Assembly (NCBI GenBank): GCA_963836185.1
Contig: CAWIIQ010000003.1
Location: forward strand, 384,001-448,000
DNA from: Candidatus Krumholzibacteriia bacterium
GTDB lineage: Bacteria > Krumholzibacteriota > Krumholzibacteriia > Krumholzibacteriales > Krumholzibacteriaceae
DNA: 64,000 nucleotides
Direction: 5' to 3'
Below are positions 32,051-41,806 of the stretch, in pieces. The translations under genes and the position numbers were made by a program. Each line of letters opens with the position of its first letter. Positions within the stretch are counted from its first letter, which is position 1. The notes beneath the pieces are model-generated. The model had not been told where the DNA came from. It saw nothing but the letters and a program-made list of their open reading frames with translations, and searched no databases.

Positions 32051-32488
32051 ATGAGTGGTGTGAACAAGGTCATACTCATCGGCAATCTCGGAGCGGACCC
32101 AGAGGTCCGTTCTACGGGCGGCGGAACGCCCGTGGCAAACTTTCGTCTCGCTACAAGCGAAACCTACAAGACCCGCGAGGGTCAGCGTGAGACACGGACC
32201 GAATGGCACCGTGTCGTCACATTCGGCAAGCTCGCCGAGATCTGCGGCCAGTACCTGAAGAAGGGAAAGCAGGTCTACATCGAGGGCCGGATCCAGACGC
32301 GGGAATGGGAGGACCAGACGGGCAACAAGCGGTGGACGACCGAGATCGTCGCGAACCAGATGACGATGCTCGGCCGCGCCGGTGACAGCGGCGGGTACTC
32401 TCCCGAGGGTTCGCAGGAGACCCAGTACGCCGACGGCGGCTCCCAGGCTCCCGCGGCTACTGACGATGACGACGATCTGCCGTTCTGA
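32051..32488 (+). CDS. ssb: Single-stranded DNA-binding protein
   Basis: [22 protein letters not shown]-terminal DDDLPF. Confidence 0.97.
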   Translation: MSGVNKVILIGNLGADPEVRSTGGGTPVANFRLATSETYKTREGQRETRTEWHRVVTFGKLAEICGQYLKKGKQVYIEGRIQTREWEDQTGNKRWTTEIVANQMTMLGRAGDSGGYSPEGSQETQYADGGSQAPAATDDDDDLPF

Positions 32489-32520
32489 TCAGGCAGGCCT
32501 GAAAAGCGTCTGAAATGACT

Positions 32521-32558
32521 CGAGGGAAGCAGGCTTCAGCTCTGCTTCCCTCGTTTTT
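32521..32558 (+). terminator. Intrinsic terminator after ssb
   Basis: CGAGGGAAGCAG...CTGCTTCCCTCG followed by TTTTT. Confidence 0.85.
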
Positions 32559-32622
32559 ACCTTGCATTCATCCGCCGGGCTGTTTACATTATTGGCCTGC
32601 AAAAAGATACGGTTTCTTGGGT

Positions 32623-32698
<76 letters not shown>

Positions 32699-32918
32699 CT
32701 TGATTCCCGCAATAACAGCCCATCACATCTAACAAAGAAATATTCTTGACTCACTCTGTAACACTATGTCAATATTTTGTCAGCGGGACAGCGCTCCTGT
32801 ATTTATCATCTATTGAGGCAACCGCCGCGCCAGCAGGCGATCGCAGCTGTAGCTGTACGTCAGGCAGGAAGAGAAATCGACCCAGGGCAGGGTATAACCC
32901 AGTAATGAGGAGGGCAGG

Positions 32919-34544
32919 ATGAAAAAGTACTATAAATTGTTGACGGCGCTTATGCTCTGCTGTGCGGCGGTCACGACCGCAGCCGCACAGGAGTACGATC
33001 TGGTCATCAACAACGGCCGGGTCATGGACCCGGAAACGAAGTACGACGCAGTAGCCAACGTTGGTATCAAAGACGGCCGGATTGCCATCATCACTAAAGA
33101 CAAGATCAAAGGTAAGGAGACCATCGACGCCAAGGGGCTGGTGGTGGCGCCGGGATTTATCGATGGGCACCAACATTGTATTGAGCCCTATCAATACCGG
33201 TTGATGCTACGCGACGGTCGTACGACGCTTCTGGACACAGAGATCGGCGCTCACGGTCCAAAGCTCGACGAGTGGTACAAACGACGAGAAGGAAAAGCAC
33301 CGGTGAATTACGGTGTGGCGGTGGCTCACGAATTTGCGCGGGCGGAGGTCTTGGACGGCTTTACCGATTGGAAATATCTCTACACTCCCGATGCTGGCCA
33401 ATCCCGTCTCACAAAGGAGGGTTGGTCAAAGACCCGGCCGACCCTGGAGCAGGGAAACCAGATCCTTTCCCTGATTGACGAAGGCTTACAGCAGGGAGGA
33501 CTTGGCATTGGCTCTACCGTTGGCTACATGCGTGAAGGGGTCTCGACTCGCGAGATATTCGAACTGCAAAAGCTGGGAGGGCTATACGGCCGTTTTATCG
33601 CCATGCATTTCCGCTATACGCCCGGTGATGATATCACCGAAGTCAACGGTATCCAGGAGATGCTCGCAAATGCGGCGGCATTAGGGACGCCGGCCATCGC
33701 CTCCCATTTCAATAATCCGGGATACAATATGGTGCATGAGCTTTTGGTGAGGATGCGTGAGAAAGGCTATAACGTCTGGGGTGAGATCTATCCATACGCC
33801 GCAGGTTCTACGGCTTTGAATGCCGTTTTTCTCGAACCCGAAGTCTGGGTAAAGGCCCTGGGCAACAAATACGAAGAGACGATTCAAGATGTTGCCACCG
33901 GCGAATTCTACACCCAGGAATCGCGTGAGGAGATGCTCAAAAAGGAACCCACGCGTCTCGTGCTTGTCTACAAGATCCCGGAATCGGCTATTGTTGATTG
34001 GCTCAAAATGCCCGGCGTGGCCATTGGCAGTGACGGCATGCCGATGATCCCCGACGACAACCTGACCTGGGACACTCCCTTCGAAGATCTGCCCAATACC
34101 CACCCGCGGACTACCGGGTCTTTTGGCACAGTGCTTCGCCTTGCCAGGGAAAACAATATTCCGCTGATGCAGGCCGTATCCATGACCAGTTACAATTATG
34201 CGAAGCCTCTGGGTGAAATGGGCCTCAAGGCCATGCAGGAACGCGGCCGGATGCAGGAAGGCATGGTCGCTGATATCACCATATTCGATCCTGAAACGGT
34301 ACGGGATAATTCGACCTATGCAAAAGGGACGCTGCCGTCCACAGGGATTTTGCATGTGATTGTTAACGGGACCCTTGTCATGAAAGACCAGAAGCCTTTG
34401 AAAGGAGTGAATCCGGGTCAGCCGATCCGCTTCGAGCGGGTCGAGAGCAAGTTCGAACCGCTCACCATAGAGAGCTGGACCCAGACCTACTATGCCTCCC
34501 CGATCGATTTCGGCGGTGGGGTTCCTTGTTGTGACTTTCATTGA
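32919..34544 (+). CDS. Secreted amidohydrolase (N-acyl-D-amino-acid deacylase-like)
   Basis: YDLVINNGRVMDPE, APGFIDGHQH, GSDG, GMVADITIFDP; signal peptide. Confidence 0.85.
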   Translation: MKKYYKLLTALMLCCAAVTTAAAQEYDLVINNGRVMDPETKYDAVANVGIKDGRIAIITKDKIKGKETIDAKGLVVAPGFIDGHQHCIEPYQYRLMLRDGRTTLLDTEIGAHGPKLDEWYKRREGKAPVNYGVAVAHEFARAEVLDGFTDWKYLYTPDAGQSRLTKEGWSKTRPTLEQGNQILSLIDEGLQQGGLGIGSTVGYMREGVSTREIFELQKLGGLYGRFIAMHFRYTPGDDITEVNGIQEMLANAAALGTPAIASHFNNPGYNMVHELLVRMREKGYNVWGEIYPYAAGSTALNAVFLEPEVWVKALGNKYEETIQDVATGEFYTQESREEMLKKEPTRLVLVYKIPESAIVDWLKMPGVAIGSDGMPMIPDDNLTWDTPFEDLPNTHPRTTGSFGTVLRLARENNIPLMQAVSMTSYNYAKPLGEMGLKAMQERGRMQEGMVADITIFDPETVRDNSTYAKGTLPSTGILHVIVNGTLVMKDQKPLKGVNPGQPIRFERVESKFEPLTIESWTQTYYASPIDFGGGVPCCDFH

Positions 34545-34560
34545 TGAGCATGTATTTTAA

Positions 34561-34757
34561 TGTGAATACGCCACCGGCTAAAACTGGCGGGTTTAGATTA
34601 CGGCTAAAAGCTGATTGTTTCCCTCTCCCAAAACTGGGAGAGGGCTGGGGTGAGGGTTCATGAAACAAGCTCAATACTAACCCCCTCATCCCTACCTTCT
34701 CCCATCAAGGGGAGAAGGAGTAAAAGAAAATATGCCGCCTAAAGGCGTGGGATTTCA
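34561..34757. repeat. Inverted pair of REP-like palindromes flanked by IS200/IS605-like hairpin remnants
   Basis: CCCTCTCCCA-AAAC-TGGGAGAGGG-CTGGGGTGAGGG (34621-34656) and an inverted copy at 34681-34720; CCACCGGCTAAAACTGGCGG and GCCTAAAGGC hairpins on either side. Confidence 0.6.
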
Positions 34758-34808
34758 AATCCCCTATTTAAGACATTAAAAATAAACGAGGACAAGGGAG
34801 ACTTAATT

Positions 34809-36272
34809 ATGAAAGACTCAGAGCTTAATTCTTCTACAACGGACCAAAACAAGAACACCGATGCAGTAACGGATGGAGTAACGAGTGAAGTGGTAGATGT
34901 GGGCCGCAGAAAATTCATGGCGACAAGCGCATTGTTGGGTGCAGCAGGCACAATCGGTTTAGGGCTTAATTCAACAGCGGTGCAGGCAGAAAGCGGCGGC
35001 TTGAATAAGGGTTGCATGTCTGGCTTTAAACCTCTTGAGGTCGACAGCCCGATGGCTAGGTGGAAAAAGCCTCAGTCAGTTGAGTTTGTCGAGAAGGCGA
35101 CTAAAAACTACAGTTTCCCAAACTGGCAGTCGGGCAACGATGACTCGATCTATTACAACATGAACCTGCCTGAGTTCTTTAAGTGTTCCTACATCGCGCC
35201 GCCGGACGGCTTCTCGCAGCTTGAACGGGCTATTAATTCGGGGCTTTTGGATCTCACTTTTACTGCCCGTGACCGTAAGACCACGCCGCCGCTAAAGGAA
35301 TATCTTGTCGGTAAGCGTCAAGTTCAGGCCATGTTGATGGCTCACAAGGGCAAGGTTGTGTTCGAGACTTATCCTGGCATGAATCCCACTGGTATTCACG
35401 TGTGGATGTCCGCCTCCAAAACAACAGTAGGCTTGCTGATCTCCATGCTAGCCGATGAAGGCAAGATCGATTTAAACAAACCTATTCCAACCTTCGTGCC
35501 TGAACTCAGAGGTTCCTCATGGGAGCAAGCTACGGTAGCGAATGTTATGAATATGGCATCGGGGCTCGATATCGAAGAGACCATCGCTAACTTGCTAAAC
35601 CCCGAGTCGTGGATTGCCAAGTGGTTCACCGCCGCATTCGAAAATAAGGGCGATTTTCGTGAGATTGCCAAAAACGCGAAGCCGCTGGCAAATGAGCCTG
35701 CTGGCTCACATTTCAGATACTCTGGCGCGAATACACAAGCATTAGTATTGGCAACGGAATTTGTTACGGGCATACGGTGGCAGGAGTACTTCAACCAAAA
35801 GGTGTGGTCAAAGATCGGTGCTAAGGGCCCATTTATTACTGGCCTCGCACCGGATGGAACACCGCTGGGAGCAGGTCTGCACAACTCCACTCCCGAAGAT
35901 TTTCTGCGGTATGCAATGATCTATACCCCAAGCTGGGATCGGGTGGCAAAGGAGCAGATCATTTCTGCCAAACTTCTTAAAAGTATTCAGTCGCTTGGTA
36001 ATCCTGCAGCCTATAAGAACTCCACTGAAGAGGGGTATGGCACCGACTGGTTTGGAGAAACCCCAGAGCGAAACACCGCGCAATGGGACCATGCCTTTCC
36101 TGACGGAGCCATGTTTAAACATGGCAACATGGGACAAGGTATTTATGTTGATCCAAAGCGCGATTTCTGCGGCGTTTATTTTGGGCTGGCACCGAACCCA
36201 GACGAGATATCGGGCATCGATCACTCGCCTGGTTATCTTCGTGCTGCTGCGAAACGACTTGCCGGTAAGTAA
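34809..36272 (+). CDS. Tat-exported serine hydrolase, beta-lactamase class C/NylB-like
   Basis: GRRKFM Tat motif; SxxK (SASK), FRYSG, HGNMGQGIYVDP. Confidence 0.82.
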   Translation: MKDSELNSSTTDQNKNTDAVTDGVTSEVVDVGRRKFMATSALLGAAGTIGLGLNSTAVQAESGGLNKGCMSGFKPLEVDSPMARWKKPQSVEFVEKATKNYSFPNWQSGNDDSIYYNMNLPEFFKCSYIAPPDGFSQLERAINSGLLDLTFTARDRKTTPPLKEYLVGKRQVQAMLMAHKGKVVFETYPGMNPTGIHVWMSASKTTVGLLISMLADEGKIDLNKPIPTFVPELRGSSWEQATVANVMNMASGLDIEETIANLLNPESWIAKWFTAAFENKGDFREIAKNAKPLANEPAGSHFRYSGANTQALVLATEFVTGIRWQEYFNQKVWSKIGAKGPFITGLAPDGTPLGAGLHNSTPEDFLRYAMIYTPSWDRVAKEQIISAKLLKSIQSLGNPAAYKNSTEEGYGTDWFGETPERNTAQWDHAFPDGAMFKHGNMGQGIYVDPKRDFCGVYFGLAPNPDEISGIDHSPGYLRAAAKRLAGK

Positions 36273-36335
36273 CTGATGAAAAGGATAGTCAGGCACTCAA
36301 ATATGATAGACGCAATTATTCAAAGGAGAAGACCC

Positions 36336-37334
36336 ATGAAACGAAACATAGCACTATTTTTCATTGCAATGGTCTCGTTATTTGTTGCAGTTCAACCTGC
36401 ACTTGCTCAGGAATATAATGTTCAAGATATTTCTCAAAAGATTGAGAAACTTTCGGAGGGGCTGGTTGGCCGCATTGGTGTGGCAGCACAGGAAATTGGC
36501 TCGGGAGTAAATATCACCATAAACGGAGATGAATCGTTTGTGATGGCGAGCACCTATAAAGTGGCGATTGCAGTCGCCTTATTAGACCGTGTCGATAAAG
36601 GCGAGCTTCAACTTACTGATTTAATTGATGTACCATTAGAAGAGATGGTGGTAGGTCCCAATCCGATCGCCATGAACTTTGTGCATCCAGGTGTAAAGTT
36701 GTCTATAGCCAATTTGATTGAACCTATGATAACGGAAAGCGACAATACCGCAACGGATGTCTGCCTAAAAGTAGTGGGAGGTCCGGAAGTGGTAAATAAA
36801 ATGTTGCGCAGCATTGGGATAAAAGACCTAAGAGTTGACCGGTCTACTGCCGAAATTTTAAGAGACTTTTATGGTTTAACTGATAAAGCCTACGTATCCG
36901 TAGCTGCAGCGGCCTATGCCAAAGACCCAACGCTTGCAGCAAGACAATCTGATCGAAACCTTGATTTCGAAAAGGACCCTCGTGACCACTCCACACCAAA
37001 AGCTATGTTGGAATTACTTCTGGCTGTCGATAGCGGAAAAATTTTAAGTGAGAAAAGCCGCGAATTCCTGCTTGCTACAATGTCGCGCACACGTACAGGT
37101 GGCGGAAGGTTAAAAGGACTTCTGCCAAAAGGTACACCGGTTGGTCACAAAACAGGAACTATTGGCGGTGTGGCTAATGATGTGGGTTACGTTACGCTGC
37201 CGGATGGCCGACGTTTTGCGATTGTGGTATTCACAAAAAGCAGTACGACCTCTGAAGCTGATCGGGATAGAGCCATTGCCGAAGTTACCCGAGCTTTATA
37301 CGACTTTTATTATTTAACGGCACAAGACAAATAA
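36336..37334 (+). CDS. Class A beta-lactamase-fold serine hydrolase
   Basis: MASTYK, SDN, HKTGT, NDVG; signal peptide; RBS AAGGAG. Confidence 0.85.
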   Translation: MKRNIALFFIAMVSLFVAVQPALAQEYNVQDISQKIEKLSEGLVGRIGVAAQEIGSGVNITINGDESFVMASTYKVAIAVALLDRVDKGELQLTDLIDVPLEEMVVGPNPIAMNFVHPGVKLSIANLIEPMITESDNTATDVCLKVVGGPEVVNKMLRSIGIKDLRVDRSTAEILRDFYGLTDKAYVSVAAAAYAKDPTLAARQSDRNLDFEKDPRDHSTPKAMLELLLAVDSGKILSEKSREFLLATMSRTRTGGGRLKGLLPKGTPVGHKTGTIGGVANDVGYVTLPDGRRFAIVVFTKSSTTSEADRDRAIAEVTRALYDFYYLTAQDK

Positions 37335-37393
37335 CCTTTGTCATGCCTAAAAAGCTTTGATTGATAAATGTTCTTTTATACCTGAAAGTAGAA

Positions 37394-38782
37394 ATGAAAA
37401 ATAGACCATTATGTCTATTTTGCTTCCTGGTGGTTTGTTTATTGGCAACAACTATCCACGCACAGGAAGTAGATTCATTAAAAAATGAAATCGAGCATCT
37501 TAAACAAAAACTGAATAAAATTGATGAGTTGGAATTGCGCTTAGCAGAACTTGAGGGGGACAGTGTTGCAGTTCAACAAAATCTTTCACCGAAATTTGCT
37601 GCAGATAGCACAAAAAAAGGACTTGAGCAAATTCCAAAGCAGGATTTACGTGATCAGAATATTGTGCCGCTTTCAGGCAGTGATCTTGTTGCCTCCGAGT
37701 TTCTAGGCTCATGGCCTATGTTCGGCACAATTTTTAGAATGAAAATCGGTGGTAAAGTCAAAACCGATTTTCTTTATGATATACATGGAAGTAATGATCG
37801 GACTCAATTTTTATTGTCGACTATACCAGTAGAAGGAACATTGGAATACGGAAATAGCGGGTATTTCAATGCTTTTGCACGGGAAACCAGGTTTAATATT
37901 GATATGCGAAGGGTGATTCCAGATGCTGTCCCTTTAAGAATTTTTATAGAAGGTGATTTCTGGACTTCAGGTAGTCAATTCAGACTACGCCATGCTTATA
38001 TCACCGTGGGTAATTTTACTATCGGACAAACCTGGACTACCATTTCTTTTCTTGAAACAATAACAATTTACATTGATTTTGCTGCAGGTGATGCCTTGTA
38101 TGGTGGGCGGACTGCTCAAATACGTTATGATCATAGTATAAATGATAATTGGAAATTCGCAGTCGGTTTAGAAATGCTCGACTATATGGGAATCGAAAAC
38201 ACTTACAGGCTGGATGGAGAAGCCAGTTTGGGATTACCTCTTTTGGCAGGGCGAATGGGCTATAACTGGTCCACCGGATTAGCACTGCTTGGAGCTCAGG
38301 TTGCTCAATTACGATGGGATGGTGGGGGTACCGGTCCTTATGACACAGCATTACAGGCATCTGTTGTTTTTGGTGGACGACAATACATTGGGAAAAATGA
38401 CTTCTTGACCTGGAATATCTCTTACGGTAAGGGATCAGGTGAAAACATTATGGCTTTTGCAGGTAGTCAGGCTAATGCGGTATTAAACAATCAGGGCAAT
38501 CTGGAAACTATGCCCGCATTATCATTTGTCGTTGGTTATATGCATCGATGGAATGATCAATATTCTTCAAATCTTGGTTATGCTTATGGATGGTTGGAAA
38601 CGCCGGAATCCAGGGATCCGTGGGCACTGGCACAGGGCGGAATAGGCCATGTCAATCTTTTCTATAGGCTCTCTAATGAATTGTCTACAGGTATAGAATA
38701 TATGTGGGGTACACAGAAGACAACAAATGATGCTTTGGGAAGAGCGAGCAGGGTTCAGTGTATGGTTGCATTTGAATTTTGA
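37394..38782 (+). CDS. DcaP-family trimeric porin
   Basis: Signal peptide and coiled coil; FIEGDF, FRLRHAY, GQTW; C-terminal FEF. Confidence 0.8.
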   Translation: MKNRPLCLFCFLVVCLLATTIHAQEVDSLKNEIEHLKQKLNKIDELELRLAELEGDSVAVQQNLSPKFAADSTKKGLEQIPKQDLRDQNIVPLSGSDLVASEFLGSWPMFGTIFRMKIGGKVKTDFLYDIHGSNDRTQFLLSTIPVEGTLEYGNSGYFNAFARETRFNIDMRRVIPDAVPLRIFIEGDFWTSGSQFRLRHAYITVGNFTIGQTWTTISFLETITIYIDFAAGDALYGGRTAQIRYDHSINDNWKFAVGLEMLDYMGIENTYRLDGEASLGLPLLAGRMGYNWSTGLALLGAQVAQLRWDGGGTGPYDTALQASVVFGGRQYIGKNDFLTWNISYGKGSGENIMAFAGSQANAVLNNQGNLETMPALSFVVGYMHRWNDQYSSNLGYAYGWLETPESRDPWALAQGGIGHVNLFYRLSNELSTGIEYMWGTQKTTNDALGRASRVQCMVAFEF

Positions 38783-38798
38783 AATAATGAGTATCTAA

Positions 38799-39530
38799 AT
38801 GAAATCAAAATATATTGCTCCGATAATTTTATTATTTCTACTATCAGGCTCGGGTCTAGCTCAGCAATTCAACACCGATAATTACCTGGCTATGCCGCAC
38901 GGAACCACTACATTTGTTTTGACCACAGGAGAACGAAACGCGACATTTATCAACTCATTCGCTTTAATTCAGAATTGGGAGTTTTTTGCCCAGGCAAACC
39001 TATATTGGGAAAATAGAGAACTGGAGCTTTCGCAGCACTTTACAACAACTGTTTACTTTAAATATATGTTTTACGAAAATTCAGATAAAACAGGTGGATT
39101 TGCTGCATTCTTGGGTTATGGGGAATCACCAGGATATCACGATCAAACACAATTCCTTGATCGTCATACAAACTTATGGACTGCAGTCCCAATAACAATT
39201 CCTTTTTTTGAAAACACGTTCTCATGGGACATTATGCTCGGAGGTATGGTTGATTTTGATTATGGTAATAATAAAAAGACAGCTTGGGGATTTACATATA
39301 CTACCAGACTAGCAATTTATAAGGTAATCCCACAGAGTGCCATTGTAGGTGAGTACTATGGCACTGCTGGTGAGCTTTATTCAGAGCCGGAATATAAGAT
39401 CGGTATTCGCTGGGAACCAAATAATACTGTTGTTCCCGCGATTAGTTATGGTTCAGCAATTAATGGAATGCGGGCAGCCGGTTTTGAGATTGGTATAGTG
39501 ATATATTCACCTCAATTTTTAAAATTATAA
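38799..39530 (+). CDS. Hypothetical outer-membrane beta-barrel-like protein
   Basis: Signal peptide; alternating aromatic beta-strand pattern. Confidence 0.55.
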   Translation: MKSKYIAPIILLFLLSGSGLAQQFNTDNYLAMPHGTTTFVLTTGERNATFINSFALIQNWEFFAQANLYWENRELELSQHFTTTVYFKYMFYENSDKTGGFAAFLGYGESPGYHDQTQFLDRHTNLWTAVPITIPFFENTFSWDIMLGGMVDFDYGNNKKTAWGFTYTTRLAIYKVIPQSAIVGEYYGTAGELYSEPEYKIGIRWEPNNTVVPAISYGSAINGMRAAGFEIGIVIYSPQFLKL

Positions 39531-39596
39531 TTTGAAAGAAGGATTTTACTTATCACTGATTAACCATTTATTAATAAACGGAGGGCAAATAAAACG

Positions 39597-40020
39597 TGTA
39601 CAGTGATAGTATTGACCTGACACCTGTCTCTGCCCGGGTGTCTGTTTAGGCCGCGTTCACCTCCTTCTTCTTCCCATCTTTTGATTTTTTCTTCAAGCCT
39701 TTTATAAAGGCTTTTTCCGGAGTGCTTCCTAGCATTCCGCGTCCCTGATGAGGACGCTTTGTGTTGTGGTGATCAAGTTCTCCGGTGTAGTGGGTCTCGA
39801 TGTGCCGATCTCTAAACTCGGGACTGAACCGCTCGAGAAGCCGTATCTGATCGTCGCTGAGCTTTATCTTACGTTTTCTCGTGTGTTCCTCGAGCCGAAG
39901 CAGCCTCTGATGACGGAGCAACAGGTTGTGGCGGTTCCAGACACCCCTGACGCCTCCAGAGCTTACCTGCACGCCTCGAAGTGCCAGCTCCTGGGCCACA
40001 CGAAGTCATCCATGGGAGGG
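39597..40020 (-). pseudogene. IS481-family transposase remnant with one terminal end preserved
   Basis: PSHG-stop-LRVAQELALRGVQVSSGGVRGVW...ERFSPEFRDRHIE fused directly to HNTKRPHQG (DDE core absent); end TGTCAGGTCAATACTATCACTGTACA on the minus strand. Confidence 0.8.
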
Positions 40021-40165
40021 GCTCTTGCCCCCGGTATTTGGACAACCGCTACTCGCATTTATGCTAGACTTTCGGGGTCTACTATAGTGCAAGTATTGTA
40101 AGGCGGGCGGGAGAGACCGACATCGGTGCGTGGCGACATTTCGGGTCCGGAGTCCACAAAAACAC

Positions 40166-40216
40166 TTGACATAATAGGCTATTAATGTATAGTATGTCCA
40201 CGAAACATGGACATAC
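40166..40216 (+). promoter_or_regulatory. Promoter and inverted-repeat operator of the AbiE operon
   Basis: TTGACA (40166-40171), 16-bp spacer, TATAGT (40188-40193); GTATGTCCA-N7-TGGACATAC (40192-40216). Confidence 0.72.
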
Positions 40217-40226
40217 ATGCTAATGT

Positions 40227-40895
40227 ATGGTGGAGCAGAAGATGGAAGAGATCACTCGCATACGCCGGGAAATATCCCTGGAGGTCTTTGACTACCAGGT
40301 TCTCACCGATGCCCTGTCTGGTTACAGCAAGCCGCGCGACAAGATCACAAGGTTGCTTGCGGGCGGCGCCATCGTCCGGATCAAGAAGGGATTGTATTGT
40401 TTCGGTGAGGGCTTGCGAAGGGAACATGTCAGCCGGGAGCAGGCCGCCAACCTGATCTACGGCCCTTCCTATATCAGCCTGGACTATGCTCTCAGTTACC
40501 ATGGCCTGATTCCGGAACGGGTCGAGGTCATTACTTCTGTAACGACGCAGCGTTCTCGCAACTTTGAGACACCTCTCGGTTCATTCTCTTACCGCATGCT
40601 GAAGGAAGCCAGGTATGCAACCGGTGCAATCCTTGAGGCGACAGACAAGACTACGTTTCTGATCGCTACTCCCGAGAAGGCACTCGTGGACAAGGTCTGG
40701 ACAGACAGACGGTTCGGCGGCAACCGCATCTCTGACTTCGGAGCTTATCTGCTGGATGATCTTCGGATCGATGAGGGGGCCCTGAGCCGGCTCGTCGAGT
40801 CCCGTCTTGATTCGATTGCCCTCGCCTATGATTCAGCTAAGATCAACAGACTGGTACGCTACCTGAGACACTTGGGAAGGGGTTCTGATGCATGA
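40227..40895 (+). CDS. Type IV TA antitoxin, AbiEi-like
   Basis: IVRIKKGLY, PSYISLDYALSYHGLIPE, IATPEKALVD. Confidence 0.85.
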   Translation: MVEQKMEEITRIRREISLEVFDYQVLTDALSGYSKPRDKITRLLAGGAIVRIKKGLYCFGEGLRREHVSREQAANLIYGPSYISLDYALSYHGLIPERVEVITSVTTQRSRNFETPLGSFSYRMLKEARYATGAILEATDKTTFLIATPEKALVDKVWTDRRFGGNRISDFGAYLLDDLRIDEGALSRLVESRLDSIALAYDSAKINRLVRYLRHLGRGSDA

Positions 40896-41753
40896 GGCTG
40901 TCAGCAACATGCTGGAACGCTACGAGTGTCGCACCCGGGATGATTACGCCAATGCGCTCAGGGAAATCCTGCAGGATGTTGCTCTGCTTGGCCTCTGGCG
41001 CAGCAAGTTTTTCGAACATGCGGCCTTCTATGGTGGCACGGCTCTCAGGCTTCTCTACGGATTGGACGATACTCGGAAGATCTGGATTTTTCGCTTCTTA
41101 AGACTGACGACGATTTTTCACTCGGGAATTACGGTGAAGCGCTATGCCGGGAAATCAGCAGTTTCGGATTCGACGTGGATTTCGAGGACCGGAAGAAGGT
41201 GCGGACGAGCGCTATCGAATCGGCATTTCTCAAGGCAAACACTCTCAAGGAATTGATCGTGATCGGGGTCACCGGGGAACTTCTACTCGATCTTCACCCT
41301 GCGAAGAGCCTCAAGATCAGGCTGGAAGTCGATACCGATCCGCCAGGCGACTTTGAAACAGAAACGAGATATGTTTTACTGCCTGTACCCTTTCCCATCC
41401 GCACTTACAGGCTGCCGGATCTCTTCGCCGGCAACCTGCATGCAATCCTGTGTCGCAGGTGGAAGACTCGTGTAAAGGGCCGGGACTGGTATGATCTGGT
41501 CTGGTATATCGCCCACCATCCGAAGGTCAGACTGGCTCACCTCGAATCCAGGATGAGGCAATCCGGCGACCACACCGACGATGAATCGCTCACGCCCGAA
41601 ATCCTGCAGGCGCTCCTGCGCCGAGCCGTGGATGGTCTGGATGTCGAGAAGGCGCGACAGGAAGTCGTACCTTTCACCAGAGATCAACGAGCGCTTGAAA
41701 TCTGGTCTCATGAGTTCTTCGCAGAAATAATTACACGCATTGTGACGATATGA
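40888..41753 (+). CDS. Type IV TA nucleotidyltransferase toxin, AbiEii-like (frameshift at 41067)
   Basis: AFYGGTALR. Adding one base restores DRYSEDLDF; KGRDWYDL also present. Confidence 0.85.
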
Positions 41754-41806
41754 CCGGTAGAGATGCATGTTGCGGGTGTTCGGAAAAGTGGGATTGTGCC
41801 TTCTGT

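Noticed and set aside
34561-34757. CRISPR array or integron attC sites
   Set aside because: Only two inverted units; no spaced direct repeats, no convincing attC core pair, and no cas or intI genes.
40006-40008. In-frame TGA at a probable Cys position as selenocysteine
   Set aside because: It lies in a deleted transposase remnant with no evident SECIS; a nonsense mutation is simpler.
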